Notes under the pieces: model-generated
Told to the model about the DNA's origin: nothing
What the model saw: only the letters and a program-made list of their open reading frames with translations
The model's database searches: none
NCBI RefSeq assembly: GCF_000006765.1
Contig: NC_002516.2
Source of the DNA: Pseudomonas aeruginosa PAO1
GTDB taxonomy: Bacteria; Pseudomonadota; Gammaproteobacteria; Pseudomonadales; Pseudomonadaceae
Strand: one strand, 5' to 3'
Length of the DNA stretch: 64,000 nt
Part shown: positions 59,558 to 64,000 of the stretch, in pieces
Position numbering within the stretch: the stretch's first letter is position 1
Layout of the letters: each line of letters opens with the position of its first letter
Position numbers and translations under genes: made by a program

Positions 59558-60175
59558 GTGCCCATGCTTAAACGCTTAGCACCCCTCGTGCCCATGAGTT
59601 TCGTTCTGCTGCTGGCCGCTTGCGCCAGCCATTCGCCGGAGCCGCAGGTCGCCAAAGAGCCGACCGCAGCCAAGAGCAGCATCGACGTCGAACGCGACGC
59701 GATCGCTTGGCAGGATGTTGAGGACGAAGGGGCGGACAATTCATCGGCTGGTACGCCTGCGCTGGCGTCCAGCATCCTCGAGCGCGCTTTCGAACTGATC
59801 GGTACGCCGTACCGTTTCGGCGGTACGACGGCGAAAGGCTTCGATTGCAGCGGCTTCGTCGGCTACCTGTTCCGCGAGGAGGCCGGCATCAAGCTGCCGC
59901 GCTCCACCCGCGAACTCATCGATATGGACGTACCGCTGGTCTCCAAGGACGAGCTGCAGCCCGGCGACCTGCTGTTCTTCAACAACCGTGGCCGTGGTCG
60001 CGTCAGCCACGCCGGCATCTACATCGGCGATGGCCAGTTCATCCATTCCGCCAGCCGTCGCGGCGGCGGGGTGCGGGTGGACAGCCTGGACTCCAGCTAC
60101 TGGAGCCTGAGCTACATGGAAGCCAAGCGGGTGCTCGAACCCGGCTACAAGGATGCCCTGACGAGCAAGCGCTAA
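59558..60175 (+). CDS. NlpC/P60 lipoprotein endopeptidase
   Basis: Lipobox LAAC, GFDCSGF and SHAGIY; the start may be 59564. Confidence 0.92.
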   Translation: MPMLKRLAPLVPMSFVLLLAACASHSPEPQVAKEPTAAKSSIDVERDAIAWQDVEDEGADNSSAGTPALASSILERAFELIGTPYRFGGTTAKGFDCSGFVGYLFREEAGIKLPRSTRELIDMDVPLVSKDELQPGDLLFFNNRGRGRVSHAGIYIGDGQFIHSASRRGGGVRVDSLDSSYWSLSYMEAKRVLEPGYKDALTSKR

Positions 60176-60257
60176 ACTTAAAGTTTTACTTTAAGTATTG
60201 CGTTTAACTCCTTGTCGTAGCAAAGTGGAAGCATTCCTCACCAGGAAGGCTTCCACT

Positions 60258-60791
60258 ATGCATGCACTGGCCCGATTCTCGATCCTCGCCTTTGCTGCGC
60301 TGCTTACCGCCTGCGCCAGCAAAGCGCCGCCCCCCGCGCCCGCCAAACAGGTCGTATTCCGTCCGGCGACGAATTTCTCGCCCGCCGCCGACGATGTGCT
60401 GTTCCGTGCCCTCGGCCTGGTCGGCACGCCCTACCGCTGGGGCGGCAACACGCCCGATTCGGGCTTCGATTGCAGCGGCCTGATCAACTTCGTCTACCGC
60501 GACATGACCGGCATCAAGCTGCCGCGCTCGACCCGCGAGATGATTTCCATGCGCGCGCCCAGCGTGCCGGTGCAGGCCCTGCAGACCGGCGACCTGGTGT
60601 TCTTCGCCACCTCCGGTGGTCGCACCGTGAGCCATGCCGGCATCTACGTCGGCGAGGGTCGCTTCGTGCATGCGCCGCGCACCGGCGGCACGGTGCGCCT
60701 GGACAGCCTGCAGAACAGCTACTGGCAACGCGCGTACCTGGACGCCAAGCGCGTGCTGGTCGCGCCGTCGCCGTTGGCGCGGGTGCCCTGA
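60258..60791 (+). CDS. NlpC/P60 lipoprotein endopeptidase (tandem paralogue)
   Basis: Lipobox LTAC, GFDCSGL and SHAGIY. Confidence 0.92.
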   Translation: MHALARFSILAFAALLTACASKAPPPAPAKQVVFRPATNFSPAADDVLFRALGLVGTPYRWGGNTPDSGFDCSGLINFVYRDMTGIKLPRSTREMISMRAPSVPVQALQTGDLVFFATSGGRTVSHAGIYVGEGRFVHAPRTGGTVRLDSLQNSYWQRAYLDAKRVLVAPSPLARVP

Positions 60792-60810
60792 GGCGGGGAG
60801 GTCCGGGCCG

Positions 60811-61473
60811 ATGACCACCCGCACCCTCAACCTCGACGACAACCTCTACCGCTACCTGCTGGACGTTTCGCTGCGGGAAACCCCGCTGATGACCCGCCTG
60901 CGCGAGGAAACCGCGAAGCTGCCCAACGCACGCTGGCAGATCGCCCCCGAGCAGGGCCAGTTCATCGCCTTGCTGCTGACCCTGATCGGCGCGCGGCGGG
61001 CGCTGGAGGTCGGCACCTTCACCGGCTACAGCGCCCTGTGCATGGCTACCGCCCTTGGCGAGCAGGGGCGTCTTACCTGTTGCGACCTGCCCGGCGACTA
61101 CCACCTGACTGCGCGCCGCTACTGGCGCGAAGCCGCTGTCGAGGAGCGCATCGAGCTACGCCTCGGGCCCGCCCTGGAAACCCTGCGTGCGTTGCTCGAC
61201 GAAGGCCTGGCCGGGCAGTTCGACCTGGCCTTCATCGACGCCGACAAGGCCAACTACCCCGAATACCTGGAGGCCGCGCTGGCGCTGGTGCGCCAGGGTG
61301 GGCTGGTGCTTTTCGACAACGTGCTGTGGAGCGGCCGGGTGCTCGAAGCGCAGCCGAAGAGTGCGGATACCCGCGGCATCCAGCAGCTCAACCTGGCGCT
61401 GAAGAACGACGCGCGGGTGGACTACTCGCTGCTGCCGATCGGCGACGGGCTGAGCGTCTGTCGCAAGCGCTGA
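60811..61473 (+). CDS. CCoAOMT-like O-methyltransferase
   Basis: LEVGTFTGYS, FIDADK and DNVLWSG. Confidence 0.92.
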   Translation: MTTRTLNLDDNLYRYLLDVSLRETPLMTRLREETAKLPNARWQIAPEQGQFIALLLTLIGARRALEVGTFTGYSALCMATALGEQGRLTCCDLPGDYHLTARRYWREAAVEERIELRLGPALETLRALLDEGLAGQFDLAFIDADKANYPEYLEAALALVRQGGLVLFDNVLWSGRVLEAQPKSADTRGIQQLNLALKNDARVDYSLLPIGDGLSVCRKR

Positions 61474-61480
61474 GCGAGGC

Positions 61481-62395
61481 TCAGCGCACGCCCCACGGCG
61501 GGCTGCCCAGGGCCTGCTGGAGAAACTGGACGAACAGCTTCACCTTCGGCGAGAGGGTTGCCGCTCGCGAATACATGGCGTAGATCAGGTCGTCCAGCGG
61601 CCGCTCCTGCGGCAGGGCCTCGACCAGCCGGCCGGCGGCCAGGTCCTCGGCGGCGATGAACAGCGGCAGCATCGCCAGGCCCAGGCCACGCACCGCGGCG
61701 TCGCGCATGGTCTGGCCGTTGTTGGTGTTGAAGCGTCCGCGCGGGGTGATCATCCGCGCCGGCTCGCCGGCCACCCGCGGCTCGAAGCTCCATAGCTGCG
61801 ACGGGGTGTTGTGGCTGTAGCCGATGCAGGGATGGCAGAGGATGTCTTCGATGCGTTGCAGCGGGCCGTGCCGTTCCAGGTATTCCGGGCTGCAACACAC
61901 TACCCGGCGGCTGGTGCCCAGTTGGCGGGCGATCAGCGAGCTGTCCTGCAGGCGGGTGATGCGGATCGCCAGGTCGTAGCCTTCCTTCTCGAAGTCGACG
62001 ATCCGGTCGTCCAGTTGCAGGACCACTTCCAGGCGCGGGTTGCGCGCCATGAATTCCATCACCAGCGGCCCCAGCCAGAGCGTGCCGAAGCTCATCGGCG
62101 CCATCACCCGCAATTCCCCGCACAGGTCGTTCTCGCGCAGGGCCACGCTTTCCGCGGCGTTGTTCAGGTCCTGCAGCGAGGCCTTGGCCGACTTGTAGAA
62201 GAAGCCGCCGGCCTCGGTCGGCTCGACGTTGCGCGTCGAGCGGTAGAGCAGGCGCACGCCGAGGTGGCGCTCCAGGTCGCTGACGCGTTTGCTGATCACG
62301 GACTTGGACAGGCTCATGCGTTCGGCGGCGGCGCTGATGCTGCCCAGCTCGACCACGTTGAGGAAGGCCTGTATGTCTTCAAGGCGCAGGCTCAT
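61481..62395 (-). CDS. LysR regulator
   Basis: MSLRLEDIQAF...SKSVISKRVSDLE...LLYRSTR. Confidence 0.92.
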   Translation of the reverse strand: MSLRLEDIQAFLNVVELGSISAAAERMSLSKSVISKRVSDLERHLGVRLLYRSTRNVEPTEAGGFFYKSAKASLQDLNNAAESVALRENDLCGELRVMAPMSFGTLWLGPLVMEFMARNPRLEVVLQLDDRIVDFEKEGYDLAIRITRLQDSSLIARQLGTSRRVVCCSPEYLERHGPLQRIEDILCHPCIGYSHNTPSQLWSFEPRVAGEPARMITPRGRFNTNNGQTMRDAAVRGLGLAMLPLFIAAEDLAAGRLVEALPQERPLDDLIYAMYSRAATLSPKVKLFVQFLQQALGSPPWGVR

Positions 62396-62523
62396 GGCGA
62401 ATCTCGAAACAATCGGGAGGCAGACTGTCGCATGCGGGAGAACTCCTGGTAAGGGGATGCGCGCGTCGCACGTACGGGAAAGACAATGGCAGGGCAAGCG
62501 TAGCGCGCCCGGGGAATGGCATT

Positions 62524-62540
62524 GTTCTCGTATCGAGAAC
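62524..62540. promoter_or_regulatory. Candidate LysR operator
   Basis: GTTCTCG-TAT-CGAGAAC perfect inverted repeat containing T-N11-A, in the divergent intergenic region. Confidence 0.6.
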
Positions 62541-62695
62541 ACCGTTTTCGCATTTTACCGGGCGGTAAATCGCTGTCGCTGTCACTACTCTTGATGGGCG
62601 GCGTGCGCTCCCGAGACCGCCCATGCTTGCCTCCCAGGAGGCGCTTCGTTTCACACCGCGCGGCGACGGACGCCGCCCGAGACCGGAGAAACACC

Positions 62696-63313
62696 ATGTC
62701 CTTCACCTACAAGCGACTCGACAAGAACGATGCGGCGGTGCTGTTCGTCGACCACCAGGCAGGCCTGCTCTCCCTGGTCCGCGATTTCAGCCCGGACGAG
62801 TTCAAGAACAATGTCCTGGCATTGGCCGACATCGCCAGGTTCTTCAACCTGCCGACCATCCTCACCACCAGCTTCGAGGATGGCCCCAACGGCCCGCTGG
62901 TGCCGGAACTCAAGGAAATGTTTCCGCAGGCCCCGTACATCGCCCGCCCCGGCAACATCAACGCCTGGGACAACGAGGACTTCGTCAAGGCGGTCAAGGC
63001 CACCGGCAAGAAGCAACTGATCATCGCCGGCGTGGTGACCGATGTCTGCGTAGCCTTCCCGACCCTCTCGGCGCTGGAGGAGGGGTTTGACGTATTCGTC
63101 GTCACCGACGCCTCCGGCACCTTCAACCCGGTGGTGCGCGACGCCGCCTGGGCGCGCATGACCGCCGCCGGCGCGCAACTGATGAACTGGTTCAGCGTCG
63201 GCTGCGAACTGCACCGCGACTGGCGCAACGACATCGAAGGCTTCGGTGCCATCCTCGGCGGCCACCTGCCGGCGTACGCCAACCTGATCCAGAGCTTCGG
63301 CACGAAGAAGTAA
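62696..63313 (+). CDS. YcaC-like isochorismatase-family hydrolase
   Basis: LFVDHQAG, NAWDNEDF and GVVTDVC. Confidence 0.93.
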   Translation: MSFTYKRLDKNDAAVLFVDHQAGLLSLVRDFSPDEFKNNVLALADIARFFNLPTILTTSFEDGPNGPLVPELKEMFPQAPYIARPGNINAWDNEDFVKAVKATGKKQLIIAGVVTDVCVAFPTLSALEEGFDVFVVTDASGTFNPVVRDAAWARMTAAGAQLMNWFSVGCELHRDWRNDIEGFGAILGGHLPAYANLIQSFGTKK

Positions 63314-63334
63314 GCCGGCTTCGCCGCTGTCCCG

Positions 63335-63375
63335 GACACAAGGCACTCCGACCATCGGGTGCCTTGTGTCGTTTT
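63335..63375 (+). terminator. Hairpin/terminator between the hydrolase and OsmC genes
   Basis: GACACAAGGCAC...GTGCCTTGTGTC-GTTTT. Confidence 0.6.
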
Positions 63376-63456
63376 CCGTCCAGGTGTTTTCATCGGAACG
63401 CCGCTTCGCCGGAACCCGAGGTTCCGGCACGCCCCCCCATGCACAGGAGAAACCCC

Positions 63457-63864
63457 ATGGCTACCCAGGTCGTCAACGCTTCCCTCGGCACCACCCCTTA
63501 TCGCGTGACCCTCGGCGACGACAGCCACCAGTGGCTGAGCGACGTGCCGGCCGCCCTCGGCGGCGGCGACAGTGGTCCCTCGCCGCACGAGATCCTGCTC
63601 TCGGCGCTGGGCGCCTGCACGGCGATCACCGTGGCGATGTACGCGCAGCGCAAGGAGTGGCCGCTGGAGGGTATCGACGTGCAACTGAACATCGTCGAGG
63701 AACGCACCAAGCCGGAGCCCTTCACCCATATCCGCCGCGACATCCGCCTGGCCGGCGATCTCGACGCCGAGCAGCGCCAGCGTCTGCTGGAGATCGCCAA
63801 TGCCTGCCCGATCCATCGTGTACTCTCCGGAGAGGTCAGCGTCAGCAGCCAGCTACGCGACTGA
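63457..63864 (+). CDS. OsmC/YhfA-family protein
   Basis: GPSPHEILLSALGAC and NACPIHR. Confidence 0.9.
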   Translation: MATQVVNASLGTTPYRVTLGDDSHQWLSDVPAALGGGDSGPSPHEILLSALGACTAITVAMYAQRKEWPLEGIDVQLNIVEERTKPEPFTHIRRDIRLAGDLDAEQRQRLLEIANACPIHRVLSGEVSVSSQLRD

Positions 63865-63891
63865 ACCCGCACGCACAACGAGGAGCACGGC

Positions 63892-64000
63892 ATGAGCGAC
63901 GACATCAAGGTATTGGGCATTTCCGGCAGCCTGCGCAGCGGCTCCTACAACAGCGCGGCGCTGCAGGAGGCGATTGGCCTGGTCCCGCCGGGCATGAGCA
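63892..64000 (+). CDS. NADPH-dependent FMN reductase/ChrR-like, N-terminal part (runs off window)
   Basis: MSDDIKVLGISGSLRSGSYN after a GAGGAG RBS. Confidence 0.88.
   Translation, partial: MSDDIKVLGISGSLRSGSYNSAALQEAIGLVPPGMS

Noticed and set aside
1-64000. tRNA or rRNA genes
   Set aside because: No cloverleaf/T-loop signatures or rRNA-like segments recognised by eye; a tRNAscan-SE/Infernal run would be needed to exclude them formally.

Overview
High-GC Pseudomonas aeruginosa chromosomal segment. Gene order and sequences match what I recall for PAO1 PA1147-PA1204; that identification and all locus tags are from memory, not a search. It is mostly core genome: exotoxin A, pyocin S2/immunity, nrdAB, an OmpR-type two-component system, a cold-shock protein, rlmA-dapE, ndvB, tcdA, pcpS, alginate lyase, lipoxygenase, napEFDABC, oprH-phoPQ, a GGDEF-EAL protein, dctA, ttcA, ddaH/ddaR, a sirtuin and NlpC/P60 endopeptidases. 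The notable points are four. (1) A low-GC accessory tract at ~5.9-9.8 kb stacks two frameshifted nuclease-toxin tips (colicin D-like tRNase, colicin E3-like rRNase), each coupled to an intact orphan immunity ORF, followed by a BRO-N gene and a RAYT transposase flanked by four GTAG-REPs. (2) A 106-aa ORF with a double-glycine-type bacteriocin leader lies between a near-perfect las/rhl box and the lipoxygenase gene. (3) A strand-biased structured RNA sits upstream of a TerC gene. (4) A single extra base disrupts the napA Tat signal frame. No rRNA, tRNA or CRISPR array was seen. Many starts were moved from the ORF track to the start codon implied by the recognised protein N-terminus.
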